From Patescibacteria group bacterium (GTDB lineage: Bacteria > Patescibacteriota > Minisyncoccia > Moranbacterales > UBA1568): a DNA stretch of 64,000 nucleotides. The position numbers and the translations under genes are program-made. The stretch's first letter is position 1. Each line of letters begins with the position of its first letter. The notes beneath the pieces are model-generated. The model was not told the DNA's origin and made no database searches. It worked only from the letters and a program-made list of their open reading frames with translations. The DNA is taken from the NCBI GenBank assembly GCA_038078615.1, contig JBBTWT010000007.1, forward strand, positions 1,060 through 65,059, read 5' to 3'. This document shows, one piece after another, positions 19,370-28,777 of the stretch.

Positions 19370-19945
19370 ATGGACACTCCTTCCCCGCAGGTTTCTCCGG
19401 CATCAGGCATGCAGAAGTCGAGCATCATCAAGTGGGCGCTCATCATCGGTATCACGATCGTCGTGAATCTTTTCATCACGTATCTCGTGGATGTGATCTA
19501 TCAGTCGCCGGAGTTCACTGATTTCTGCCCGGAACAGCAGATCAATCGTGCGATAGAGACCGAGGCGGCCTGTCTCGAGATCGGCGGGCAGTGGAACGAG
19601 AATATCGAAGCGAAGAGCATGACGCCGCAGATAACGGTACCCGTGCCGGCCGGCTACTGCAACACGACCTATACGTGCAGCAAGCAGTATGACGATGTGA
19701 TGAAAGTCTACAACCGCAATGTCTTCGTCGTCTTCATCATCGCCGGTATCCTGCTTCTGATCGGCAGCGTATTTCTCAAGGGTGTCGAGGCGGTATCGCT
19801 CGGACTTTCGTTCGGCGGCGTGCTCGCGCTCATCATCGGTTCGGTACGGTACTGGTCGGATATGAACGATATCCTGCGGGTCATCCTGCTCGGCATCGCG
19901 CTTGCGGGACTCATCTACGTCGCGTGGAAAAAGTTTAAGGACTGA
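19370..19945 (+). CDS. Hypothetical multi-pass membrane protein
   Basis: Three hydrophobic segments with a Cys-containing extracytoplasmic loop. Confidence 0.6.
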   Translation: MDTPSPQVSPASGMQKSSIIKWALIIGITIVVNLFITYLVDVIYQSPEFTDFCPEQQINRAIETEAACLEIGGQWNENIEAKSMTPQITVPVPAGYCNTTYTCSKQYDDVMKVYNRNVFVVFIIAGILLLIGSVFLKGVEAVSLGLSFGGVLALIIGSVRYWSDMNDILRVILLGIALAGLIYVAWKKFKD

Positions 19946-19978
19946 TCCTTGAACAGTTCAAAAAATATCTTGAGGTAA

Positions 19979-20203
19979 ACCCCGTTAGAAGCTCACACGG
20001 GGAATTACACTCTGTGTGATCTGAAATTAACGGGCATTTATTCCCGTTAGAGAGAGGGTACAATTGTGATCGCTTCCATTCCGAGAATATCTGTTCATGG
20101 TCGGTATCTATCATATCGTATGTATGGTATCCCATTGCAACTGTGATCTCTAACGGGACTTGTCCCCGCGACAAGCCACAAGGCGTTCTGCTTCTAACGG
20201 GGT
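19979..20203. repeat. Nested inverted-repeat structure with five TAACGGG/CCCGTTA heptamers
   Basis: Outer 14-bp perfect IR: ACCCCGTTAGAAGC (19979-19992) with GCTTCTAACGGGGT (20190-20203). Inner 12-bp IR: 20042-20053 with 20047-20058. Local hairpin: 20028-20034 with 20043-20049. TGTGATC occurs three times (20015, 20065, 20142). Confidence 0.8.
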
Positions 20204-20341
20204 AAAAAAAGATGCCGCGGCACAGGGAACAAGGGGAGTTGTACCGTGTGCGTTGGCATCGAAGTCTGGCCGGTTTTCGGGAGGGGAGCTTCCCGGAGGA
20301 GACAGGCCAGACATGCAGAAGTCATAAGTCATGGGTCCTGG

Positions 20342-20584
20342 TTACAGGGGCAGCTGTTGCTGCTCTGTGATCGGCGCCTGTGGCACCGTCACTTGAATCT
20401 TTCGGCGAACTATCCGCCGCAGGACTACCCGGTAGAGGTAGCCATATCTTGTCCTGTCCCGTCCATGGAAACAGTTGTGTTGATGGGCCACTCGCATGAA
20501 TGCGAGGGAGAAACTTAGCCCATCCTCCATCAGTGCGACGACTTCATTAGTTATCACACCAACCTGGTCTTTTTTCTTGGGCAT
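20342..20584 (-). CDS. Hypothetical small basic protein
   Basis: 80-aa ORF. AGAGGTGGG lies 5 nt upstream of the ATG on the minus strand. No recognisable family. Confidence 0.35.
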   Translation of the reverse strand: MPKKKDQVGVITNEVVALMEDGLSFSLAFMRVAHQHNCFHGRDRTRYGYLYRVVLRRIVRRKIQVTVPQAPITEQQQLPL

Positions 20585-20711
20585 GGCCCACCTCTTGTTT
20601 GTTAATGAAACTATGCGTATATTATACCCCTTTGTCTGAAAAAGTCAAGGGTGTAGCCCGGTTGCTTTTGGCGTGTGAACCTGCTTGAATATTTAGGACG
20701 AAGGAAACTTT

Positions 20712-22157
20712 ATGGAGAAACTGTGGGAGAAAATATACACGCTTGAAGCGTTTCAGAAGAAAAACGCGTTGCCGGAAGCGCCGGGAGCGTATTTTTTCCT
20801 GGACGCGGGGAAAGAGTTGCTCTATATCGGCAAGGCGACCTCGCTTCGCGATCGGGTGAAGAGCTATTTTTCGCGCGACATCGCCCTCTCTCGCGGTCCG
20901 AAAATAATGCGGATGCTCGAACAGGCGCGTTTCATCGCGTATCGGCAGACGGACTCCGTTCTCGAGGCGCTGATCCTGGAATCCAGACTGATAAAAGAAC
21001 ATCAGCCTCCATACAACACTGATGCCAAAGACGACAAGAGCTACAACCATATCGCCATCACGCAAGAAAAATTTCCGCGCGTGCTCATCGTGCGCGGCCG
21101 CGACCTCGTAAACCGACAACCGACAATTTACCCTGTGAAATCCAGCATAGCTGGTCCGCCGAAGGCGGAATTTCATAGGGCAAGCAACCGACAACAAAAA
21201 ACAAGATACAAATACATATTCGGACCGTTTCCGCACGGTATGCAGCTGCGCGAGGCGCTCAAGATCATCCGCAAGCTGTTCCCCTTCCGGGACAAATGTT
21301 TACCCGCCGAAGTCTTGACGAAGGAGGGCATGCCATCAAAAAAAAGAACAGAGCTGAAGCCGTGTTTCAACAGGCAGATCGGCTTGTGTCCCGGAGTATG
21401 CACCGGCGAGATTTCCGCACGAGAGTACGGACGCATTATCAATCACATCCGCCTGTTCTTCGAAGGGCGCAAGAGCGTGCTTGTCAGAAAGCTGGAACGC
21501 GAGATGAAGACGGCGGCGAAACAGCTGGCATTCGAGCGGGCGAGCGAGATCAAGAAGACATTGTTCGGGCTGCGGCATATCCAGGATATGGCGCTGGTGA
21601 AGGACGACCAGCAGTTAACAGTGAACAGTCAACAAAAAACAATAAGGATCGAAGCTTATGATGTCGCGCATCTGGGGGGAGACGCGAGCGTGGGAGTGAT
21701 GGTCGTTTTGAGCAATGGCCAAGCAGACAAAGAATCTTATAGAAAATTCATTCTGCGCGGCGGACACAACGGCAATGACCTGACTGCGCTCCAAGAGATC
21801 CTGGCGCGCCGTCTGAAACATACCCCGCCCGCAACGTTTCGCAAGCGAAGCGCAGCGATTCGGGCAGGCGAGTGGCCGCTGCCGGATATCATCGTGGTGG
21901 ATGGCGGAGAGCTTCAAGTGAGGATGGCCCAGCAAGCCATCCTCAACTTAGCGGTTTCACCGCTAAGTAAACTGCGTGGTGGAATTTCGGTCGTGGGCGT
22001 GGTGAAGAATGCCAAGCATCAGCCCGAGCGCCTCATCGGACCAGAGACGCTGACGAAGCGTTTCAAAAAAGAAATCCTGCTCGCCAATAGCGAAGCGCAT
22101 CGTTTCGCCATCACCTTCCACCGCAAGCGCCGAGGAAAGGAGTTTCTGAAGATGTAG
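20712..22157 (+). CDS. uvrC: Excinuclease ABC subunit C, short form
   Basis: GIY-YIG (GAYFFLDAGKELLYIGKATSLRDRVKSYF ... LESRLIKEHQPPYN), UVR domain (LEREMKTAAKQLAFERASEIKK) and RNase-H-like nuclease (IEAYDVAHLGG). It ends at FHRKRRGKEFLKM with no (HhH)2 domain. In-frame insertion at 21108-21212. Confidence 0.9.
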   Translation: MEKLWEKIYTLEAFQKKNALPEAPGAYFFLDAGKELLYIGKATSLRDRVKSYFSRDIALSRGPKIMRMLEQARFIAYRQTDSVLEALILESRLIKEHQPPYNTDAKDDKSYNHIAITQEKFPRVLIVRGRDLVNRQPTIYPVKSSIAGPPKAEFHRASNRQQKTRYKYIFGPFPHGMQLREALKIIRKLFPFRDKCLPAEVLTKEGMPSKKRTELKPCFNRQIGLCPGVCTGEISAREYGRIINHIRLFFEGRKSVLVRKLEREMKTAAKQLAFERASEIKKTLFGLRHIQDMALVKDDQQLTVNSQQKTIRIEAYDVAHLGGDASVGVMVVLSNGQADKESYRKFILRGGHNGNDLTALQEILARRLKHTPPATFRKRSAAIRAGEWPLPDIIVVDGGELQVRMAQQAILNLAVSPLSKLRGGISVVGVVKNAKHQPERLIGPETLTKRFKKEILLANSEAHRFAITFHRKRRGKEFLKM

Positions 22158-22245
22158 CGGCGGTCTTTACAGTATCTCGAAAAGGGAGTATGCTGGGAAA
22201 CAATCGTATCTTTTTCAGACATACTTTACAGATAGCAGGCGTCTT

Positions 22246-25044
22246 ATGCCAGAGAAAAAGCCGATGATCGAGATTCGCGGCGCGCGGGTCAACAACCTGA
22301 AGAACGTGGACGTCGATATCCCTCGTGATGCTTTGGTGGTGGTGACCGGCTTGTCCGGTTCGGGCAAATCCTCATTAGCTTTCGATACTCTTTTCGCGGA
22401 AGCGAATCGGCGCTATGTCGAGTCGCTTTCTTCGTATGCGCGCAATTTTCTCGACGGATTCGACAAGCCGGACGTCGACGCGATCCACAACCTTTCGCCC
22501 GCCATCTCCATCGACCAGAAGAGCGTGTCGAGGAGCCCGCGTTCGACGGTCGGGACGATGACGGAGATCTATGATTACCTGCGTATCCTGTTCGCCAAGC
22601 TCGGGATTCCGCATTGTCCATCGTGCGGCAAGCGTCTCACAAGAAAGAGCGTGCGCGAGATACTCGAAGAGCTCCTCCTCCTGCCCGACAAGACGCCGCT
22701 CGCATTCATCGCGTATGGCAAGGCGCTCGCCGACAAGACCGAACGCGAGGCGCTCTCACTCATCAATGCCTGGGGATACGTACGGGTCCTGTTTCACGGG
22801 GAGCTCTCGCCGATCGCCGAAGCGATAGGACGCGCGTCCGCGACGGAAATCTCGGATATCGGCGTGGTCGTCGACCGTCTCGAGATCGACCTGTCCCGTC
22901 CCGACAAGGAGCGTATCCTCGATTCGCTCCAGACCGCGTTCCGCGTCGGCCAGGGGACGCTCACGCTCCGCATCAATGGTACCGGTGAAGAACGTATCTA
23001 CAACGAGGAATACCGCTGTGAAGAATGCCATATCGGGCTGCCGGAGTTCACGCCGAGCTGCTTTTCCTTCAACAGTCCCGAGGGCGCGTGCGAGAAGTGC
23101 GCGGGCCTTGGCGTGACGCTCGAATTCGATCCGGAACTCGTCATCCCCAACAAGAACCTGTCGCTCGCCGAAGGGGCGATCCGTCCGTGGAGCAAGATGA
23201 ACAGCGACCGCCACAGCGGCAACGGGCCGATGCAGTGGCTGCGCGACGCGAGCCGGCGGCACAAATTCTCGCTCGATATTCCGGTGAAGAAGCTCGCCGG
23301 TAAGCATTTCTCCCTCATACTGCACGGGGAAGGCGGCACGGAGCAGGATGCCTTTCCCGGCATCATCGCGCTTCTGGAGAAGAAATACCGCGAGACGAAA
23401 TCGGATCATCTGCGTACGGACATCGAGGCGTATATGCTGACCAAGCTCTGCCCTCTCTGCGAGGGGAAGCGCCTGAAGGCGGCATCGCTCGCCGTGAAGA
23501 TAGAGGGACTTTCTATCGATGATCTCGTGAAGCAGAGCGTCGATATGTTCCTGGAGAGGATGAAGCCGCTGCGGGAAAAATGCCTGAAGACGGGCGAGAA
23601 GAAGATGATCGATCCCTTGTTCCGCGAGATGGAGATGCGGCTCTCCGCCGTGGAAAAAGTGGGACTCGGATATCTCGAGCTCTCGCGCGGCGCCGATACG
23701 CTGTCCGGAGGAGAGGCGCAGCGTATCCGCCTGTCAGTGCAGATGAAATCTGGGCTTTCCGGCATCATCTATGTCCTCGACGAGCCGTCGATCGGGCTGC
23801 ACAGCCGCGATACGGAACGCCTGATCAACGCGCTCGAGGATCTGCGGAAAGCGAACAATTCTCTCGTGATCGTCGAGCATGACGTGGCGATCATGCGCCG
23901 GGCGGACTATATCATCGATCTGGGTCCGGGCGCCGGCAGCGAGGGCGGCGAGATCATCTTCGCGGGCACGCCGGACAAGCTGATGCGCTCGAAGCTCCTG
24001 ACCGGCGAATACCTCTCCGGCAAACGCAGCATATCCGAGAAGAAGAAGGCGCGTCGTCTGAGCGAAGAGGCGATCACTGTTTTCGGCGCGACGGAACACA
24101 ATCTGAAGAATGTCGACGTGAAGATCCCGCTCGGGATGCTCGTGGCGGTTTCCGGCGTCTCGGGATCGGGCAAATCGAGCCTGGTGCATGACATCCTGTC
24201 CCGGGCGCTGTCGAAATATTTCTATCATGCCAAGGCCGAGCCGGGCGCGCACAGGAAGATCGAGGGGATCTCGAATATAGACAAGGTGATCGCCGTGACG
24301 CAGGATCCGATCGGACGGACGCCGCGTTCGAACGCGGCGACGTATACCGGCATCTTCAGCCTGATCCGCGACCTGTTCGCGGCGACGACGGAAGCCGAGC
24401 GCGAGAAATATTCCGCCAGTCATTTCAGCTTCAATATGCGCGGCGGCCGCTGCGAGGCATGCCAGGGCGGCGGATTGAAGAAGATCGAGATGTATCTCCT
24501 GCCGGATGTCTACGTACCGTGCGAAGTCTGTCAGGGGACGAGATACAACGCGAAGACGCTCTCGATCGAATATCGCGGAATGAATATCGCGGCCGTGCTC
24601 CGCATGACGGTCACGGAAGCGCGCCGCTTCTTCCTGGATCAGCCGATGATCGAAGAGAAGCTGCGCGTGCTCGAGGAAGTCGGTCTCGGATATCTGGTAC
24701 TCGGACAGAGCGCGACCAACCTCTCCGGAGGAGAGGCGCAGCGTATCAAGCTCGCGACAGAACTGGCACGAAAATCGACCGGCAAGACGCTCTATATCCT
24801 CGACGAGCCGACGATCGGCCTGCATTTCGAGGATGTGCGGCGCCTGCTCGAGGTGCTCGAAGCGCTGACGGACAAAGGCAACAGCGTGCTCGTCGTGGAG
24901 CACAATCTCGATGTCATCCGCTCGGCGGATTGGGTGCTGGAGCTCGGTCCGGACGGCGGCGCCAAGGGCGGGGAGCTCATCTTCTCCGGACCGCCGGACA
25001 AATTGAAAAACTGCAAGCGTTCATTCACGGCGAAATATCTATAA
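22246..25044 (+). CDS. uvrA: Excinuclease ABC subunit A (full-length type)
   Basis: [20 protein letters not shown] twice, [11 protein letters not shown], Zn modules, and an insertion-domain-length segment between CAGLG and CPLCEGKRL. Confidence 0.95.
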   Translation: MPEKKPMIEIRGARVNNLKNVDVDIPRDALVVVTGLSGSGKSSLAFDTLFAEANRRYVESLSSYARNFLDGFDKPDVDAIHNLSPAISIDQKSVSRSPRSTVGTMTEIYDYLRILFAKLGIPHCPSCGKRLTRKSVREILEELLLLPDKTPLAFIAYGKALADKTEREALSLINAWGYVRVLFHGELSPIAEAIGRASATEISDIGVVVDRLEIDLSRPDKERILDSLQTAFRVGQGTLTLRINGTGEERIYNEEYRCEECHIGLPEFTPSCFSFNSPEGACEKCAGLGVTLEFDPELVIPNKNLSLAEGAIRPWSKMNSDRHSGNGPMQWLRDASRRHKFSLDIPVKKLAGKHFSLILHGEGGTEQDAFPGIIALLEKKYRETKSDHLRTDIEAYMLTKLCPLCEGKRLKAASLAVKIEGLSIDDLVKQSVDMFLERMKPLREKCLKTGEKKMIDPLFREMEMRLSAVEKVGLGYLELSRGADTLSGGEAQRIRLSVQMKSGLSGIIYVLDEPSIGLHSRDTERLINALEDLRKANNSLVIVEHDVAIMRRADYIIDLGPGAGSEGGEIIFAGTPDKLMRSKLLTGEYLSGKRSISEKKKARRLSEEAITVFGATEHNLKNVDVKIPLGMLVAVSGVSGSGKSSLVHDILSRALSKYFYHAKAEPGAHRKIEGISNIDKVIAVTQDPIGRTPRSNAATYTGIFSLIRDLFAATTEAEREKYSASHFSFNMRGGRCEACQGGGLKKIEMYLLPDVYVPCEVCQGTRYNAKTLSIEYRGMNIAAVLRMTVTEARRFFLDQPMIEEKLRVLEEVGLGYLVLGQSATNLSGGEAQRIKLATELARKSTGKTLYILDEPTIGLHFEDVRRLLEVLEALTDKGNSVLVVEHNLDVIRSADWVLELGPDGGAKGGELIFSGPPDKLKNCKRSFTAKYL

Positions 25045-25084
25045 TTTTTAAAAGAGGGTTTTTTGTCTTAGAATCGAAAGCATC

Positions 25085-25149
25085 CCGGAAGTTTTCAGAT
25101 GAACCGTGCCGAAGAGGTTTCGCCACATGGTTCCCTAAAAAACTTCCGG
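25085..25149. repeat. Rod-like hairpin element, short copy (core shared with 47539-47655)
   Basis: CCGGAAGTTTT ... AAAACTTCCGG 11-bp outer stem. The inner 39-40 nt AGATGAACCGTGCCGAAGAGGTTTCGCCACATGGTTCCCT differs at 2 positions from 47561-47600. Confidence 0.85.
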
Positions 25150-25182
25150 AATCCTTTTGACACTGCGCTACTATCACAACAT

Positions 25183-26103
25183 ATGTCCTATCTTCTGGGA
25201 AAAAATATAGTGGTGACGGTGACGTATTATGACGTGTTCGATATGCCGCTCACGGTTCTCGAGATATGGAAGCATCTGATGGCGCAGGACTCCGGAGACG
25301 GGCATGGGGAGCCGTGTACGCTCGGCGATGTCGCCAGGTTCCTGGCAGCGGGGACTCTTGACGCGAAAATCGGGGGGAAAAACGGATTCTATTTCCTGCG
25401 CGGACGGGAGGATCTCGTGGCGCAGCGTATCCGGGCGGAGAAGCTTTCCGTCGCGAAGCTCAAACGGATGCGGCGTCTGGCGCGGCTCCTCGCGTATGTC
25501 CCGTATCTGCGGATGCTCGGCGCCACGGGAAGCCTCGCCATGAAGCATGGCGAACGGGAAAGCGACTGGGATATGTTCGTCGTCCTGCGCTCGGGCAAGA
25601 TCTGGACCGGACGGACGCTTCTGACCGGGTTCCTCCATCTCATAGGCAAGCGGCGGCATGGCGACCGGGTGCGGGATCGCGCCTGTCTCAATTATTTCGT
25701 CACGGACGACAATCTGGAAATCGGGACCAAGGACATGTTTTCCGCGCATGAGTACCGTTTCTTCATCCCGCTGCTCAACTTCAGGCTGTTCCAGGTATTC
25801 GAGCTGAAGAATCGCTGGATACGGGACTATCGCTCCAATTTCGCACTGACGACGCTGCCGAGCCTGTGGACCGTACCGGAGAGCCTGTGGGCGCGGCGTA
25901 TGCAGGGCGCGCTGGAAAGGGTTCTCGGGTTTCTCGATATCGAACGGTGGCTCGCGTCCTGGCAGAAGGAGAAGATCCGCCGTAACCCGAAAACGGCCCT
26001 GGAGGGAAGCCTGATCGAAGCGCATGATCGCGCACTGATTTTCCTGCCGCATCCGCAGGGACCGCGCGTCTTTGAGAAATTCAAGGAGCGCCTGAGCGCC
26101 TGA
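25183..26103 (+). CDS. Nucleotidyltransferase-fold (Pol-beta-like) domain protein, hypothetical
   Basis: GATGSLAMKHGERESDWDMFVV resembles the GS..(n)..D.D NTase motif. Start moved to ATG 25183 because 25099-25149 is the repeat element. Confidence 0.55.
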   Translation: MSYLLGKNIVVTVTYYDVFDMPLTVLEIWKHLMAQDSGDGHGEPCTLGDVARFLAAGTLDAKIGGKNGFYFLRGREDLVAQRIRAEKLSVAKLKRMRRLARLLAYVPYLRMLGATGSLAMKHGERESDWDMFVVLRSGKIWTGRTLLTGFLHLIGKRRHGDRVRDRACLNYFVTDDNLEIGTKDMFSAHEYRFFIPLLNFRLFQVFELKNRWIRDYRSNFALTTLPSLWTVPESLWARRMQGALERVLGFLDIERWLASWQKEKIRRNPKTALEGSLIEAHDRALIFLPHPQGPRVFEKFKERLSA

Positions 26104-26127
26104 TACCCTCGGTGACAGCCGAAAGTG

Positions 26128-26136
26128 TGGTATAAT
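26128..26136 (+). promoter_or_regulatory. Extended -10 promoter for pilC
   Basis: TGgTATAAT. Confidence 0.5.
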
Positions 26137-26173
26137 GCGGATACAAAATACATACAAAAAAAGCATCCGAAAT

Positions 26174-27394
26174 ATGCCGAAATTCCTCTATACCGCAAAA
26201 AATATCACGACCGGAGAGAGTTCCGGCGGCGAAGCGGAGGCCAAAGATGAGAAGACGCTGGCTCAGGAGCTCCGGGCGCGGGGGATTTTGCTGACTTCGC
26301 ACAAGGAGTTGGAGGCGAAGAAAACCATCAGTATCAGATTTTTCGACCGTTTCATATCGGTGCCGCTCAAAGAAAAAATGGTGTTTACGCGGAATCTCGC
26401 CGTTATGGTTTCATCCGGATTGACGGTTTCTCGGGCGGTGCATAACCTGAGCGTGCAGACGAAGAATAAGAAGTTCAAAAAAATTCTCTTGAGCGTCTAT
26501 GACGAGGTGCAGGGCGGCAAGATGCTTTCGGAAGGCATGGCACAGCATCCAGGAGTGTTCAACGAGCTGTTTGTCAATATGGTCGGCGTCGGAGAGGTTT
26601 CCGGCAATCTCGAGGAAGTGCTCGATATTCTCGCGCTCCAGCTGGAAAAAGAGAACGATCTCCTCTCCAAGGTGCGCGGGGCGCTCATCTATCCAGCGGT
26701 CATCGTCGTCGCGATGATCGGCATCGCCATCCTGATGCTGACATATATCCTGCCGAAGATCACCAGCGTGTTCCAGGATATGGACGTGACCTTGCCGGCA
26801 ACGACGCTATTCATCATCGGGGTGAGCGATTTCCTGCGCAATCATGCCATACTCAGCATCCTGTTCGCGGCGGCAGTCATCGTAGGTGTCAAATTATTTT
26901 CCGGTACGAAAGCCGGGAAGCGTTTTTTCGGGCTGCTGTTCGTCTATATGCCGATCGTCGGCAATATCATCATCAAGGTGAACTGCGCCCGCTTCGCGCG
27001 CATCTACAGCTCTCTCCTGAAAAGCGGCATCTCGGTGGTCAGCGGGCTTACCATCGTGTCCAAAACGCTCGGTAACGTCTATTACAAGGACGCGTTGGCC
27101 GAAGCCATCGGAGAGATACAGAAAGGCGTCGAGCTCTCCAAGGTGATCGCGAAATATCCGCGCATATTTCCGGTTCTCGTGACGCAGATTCTCGAAGTCG
27201 GCGAAGAGACCGGAAAAACGGAGACTGTGCTCCGGCGTCTGGCGGAATTCTACGAAGAGGAAGTCTCGCAGATCACCAAGAATATGTCGTCGATCATCGA
27301 ACCGATCCTGATGCTCCTTATCGGAGGATCGGTCGGGTTTTTCGCGGTGGCGATGCTGCAGCCGCTGTATTCCGTTCTCGAGAATATAAAATAG
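26174..27394 (+). CDS. pilC: Type IV pilus / T2SS platform protein (GspF/PilC family)
   Basis: Two T2SSF-type repeats, three TM regions, and typical MPKFLYTAKN..G N-terminus. Confidence 0.85.
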   Translation: MPKFLYTAKNITTGESSGGEAEAKDEKTLAQELRARGILLTSHKELEAKKTISIRFFDRFISVPLKEKMVFTRNLAVMVSSGLTVSRAVHNLSVQTKNKKFKKILLSVYDEVQGGKMLSEGMAQHPGVFNELFVNMVGVGEVSGNLEEVLDILALQLEKENDLLSKVRGALIYPAVIVVAMIGIAILMLTYILPKITSVFQDMDVTLPATTLFIIGVSDFLRNHAILSILFAAAVIVGVKLFSGTKAGKRFFGLLFVYMPIVGNIIIKVNCARFARIYSSLLKSGISVVSGLTIVSKTLGNVYYKDALAEAIGEIQKGVELSKVIAKYPRIFPVLVTQILEVGEETGKTETVLRRLAEFYEEEVSQITKNMSSIIEPILMLLIGGSVGFFAVAMLQPLYSVLENIK

Positions 27395-27401
27395 TTTTTT
27401 T

Positions 27402-28772
27402 GTGTTCGCTACAAGCTACAGGCTACAAGCTACAGGCTACAGGGGATTCACGCTGATCGAAGCGCTGGTTTTGCTGTTTATTTTCGCCGTGGTGTCCATG
27501 ACTTTCCTCGAGACGTACGCGACCGGAACGCGCCTCATCATAGAGTCGAAAAACCGGCTCGGAGCGACAGCGCTTGCCAATCAGAAGATGGAGATCATCC
27601 GCAGCATCGACTACGATATTATCGGTACGACGACCGGTATCCCGGCAGGAGATATTCTCGAGTATGAAACAATCAGCGTCAACACGGTGAAGTATCGGGT
27701 GCATACGTTCGTTCAGTATGCCGATGATATTTTTGACGGACAGCTGGGGGGCAATCCGACCGATACGATTCCCAACGATTACAAACGCGTCAAAATTTCC
27801 GTTTCGTGGGGTGCTCTGGGAACGGATCAGACGGTTTCTTTGTTTACGAATATCGCTCCCGATGGCGTGGAAACTTCGGCAGGCGGCGGCGTGCTCTCGA
27901 TCAATATCCTGGATTCCGCCGGTATGGGAATGTCGGGCGCCTCGGTGCATATCGTGAATAGCGCTGCCGGTGTCGACGTAACGACGCAAACCGACGCGAC
28001 CGGCAATATCACTTTGCCGGGTACGCCGGCAGGAACGCAGAATTATGCATTGACCGTTTCGAAGGGCGGTCATTACGGAGTTATGACGTATCCGCCGTAT
28101 CCGACGTCTCCGTACAATCCGATCGATGAACACGCGTCGGTAGCGGCAGGGGTTTTGAATCAGAAGTCGATGGTTATGGATCAGTATGCCGATATCACGG
28201 TGCGGTCGAAAGACCCGTTCGGAACGGATGTACCGAACATCGCTTTCAATATGACGGGTGGGAAAATTCTTGGCACGGATCCGGTAACACTGGCGTCGAT
28301 CTATGAATACAATCAGAATCTGAGCACGAGTGCTTCCGGCGTCAAGGACATCGCGGATCAGAGTTACGGCCAGTATACGCTTGCGGAATCCGATGCGCGT
28401 TATCAGTTGCACAAGCTGAGTCCGGAAGGCGCGACGAAAGATATATTCGACGCTCTGGCGGGGCAGGCGACAGCGGTGGATATGGTACTCCTGGATACTC
28501 AGATCGGTTCGGTGAAGGTTGTGGTCATCAATGATGCCGATGGCAGTCCTATCGCGGGGGCGACTGTGCGCCTTACGAACACATCGCTCGGGTACGACGC
28601 GACCCAGTTGTCCGATCAGTACGGGTTCGCGTATTTTCCGACCGCGCTTCCGGGACTCGTGGCCGGAACGTATAATCTCGCGGTGAGCGCGACTGGTTTT
28701 CAAAGTGATACTGATACGGCGAATGTGAACAATGCTCTGATCACGGAAACCATTGATTTGATTCCAAACTGA
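27402..28772 (+). CDS. Large prepilin-type protein with CarboxypepD_reg-like beta-sandwich repeats
   Basis: Class III signal ...GYRG/FTLIEALVLLFIFAVV (G-F-T-L-I-E). Two segments resemble G.V.V....G.P..GA.V.L......TD..G...F. GTG start directly after the pilC stop. Confidence 0.75.
   Translation: MFATSYRLQATGYRGFTLIEALVLLFIFAVVSMTFLETYATGTRLIIESKNRLGATALANQKMEIIRSIDYDIIGTTTGIPAGDILEYETISVNTVKYRVHTFVQYADDIFDGQLGGNPTDTIPNDYKRVKISVSWGALGTDQTVSLFTNIAPDGVETSAGGGVLSINILDSAGMGMSGASVHIVNSAAGVDVTTQTDATGNITLPGTPAGTQNYALTVSKGGHYGVMTYPPYPTSPYNPIDEHASVAAGVLNQKSMVMDQYADITVRSKDPFGTDVPNIAFNMTGGKILGTDPVTLASIYEYNQNLSTSASGVKDIADQSYGQYTLAESDARYQLHKLSPEGATKDIFDALAGQATAVDMVLLDTQIGSVKVVVINDADGSPIAGATVRLTNTSLGYDATQLSDQYGFAYFPTALPGLVAGTYNLAVSATGFQSDTDTANVNNALITETIDLIPN
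27408..27442 (+). repeat. Heptanucleotide tandem repeat (GCTACAR)x5 inside the prepilin leader coding region
   Basis: GCTACAA GCTACAG GCTACAA GCTACAG GCTACAG, read directly. Confidence 0.95.
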
Positions 28773-28777
28773 AGTCT

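Noticed and set aside
20246-20518. 90-aa plus-strand ORF and the 60-aa and 79-aa minus-strand ORFs in the 19.9-20.7 kb island
   Set aside because: They have no RBS or promoter context, their composition is odd, and they overlap the repeat structure. Only the 80-aa ORF with a strong RBS was retained, at low confidence.
25099-25137. Conserved mini-ORF MNRAE(E/A)VSPHGSL encoded by the shared hairpin core, also at 47563-47601
   Set aside because: Conservation is explained by the nucleotide-level repeat. The two differences are in stem positions, and the downstream reading frames diverge immediately.
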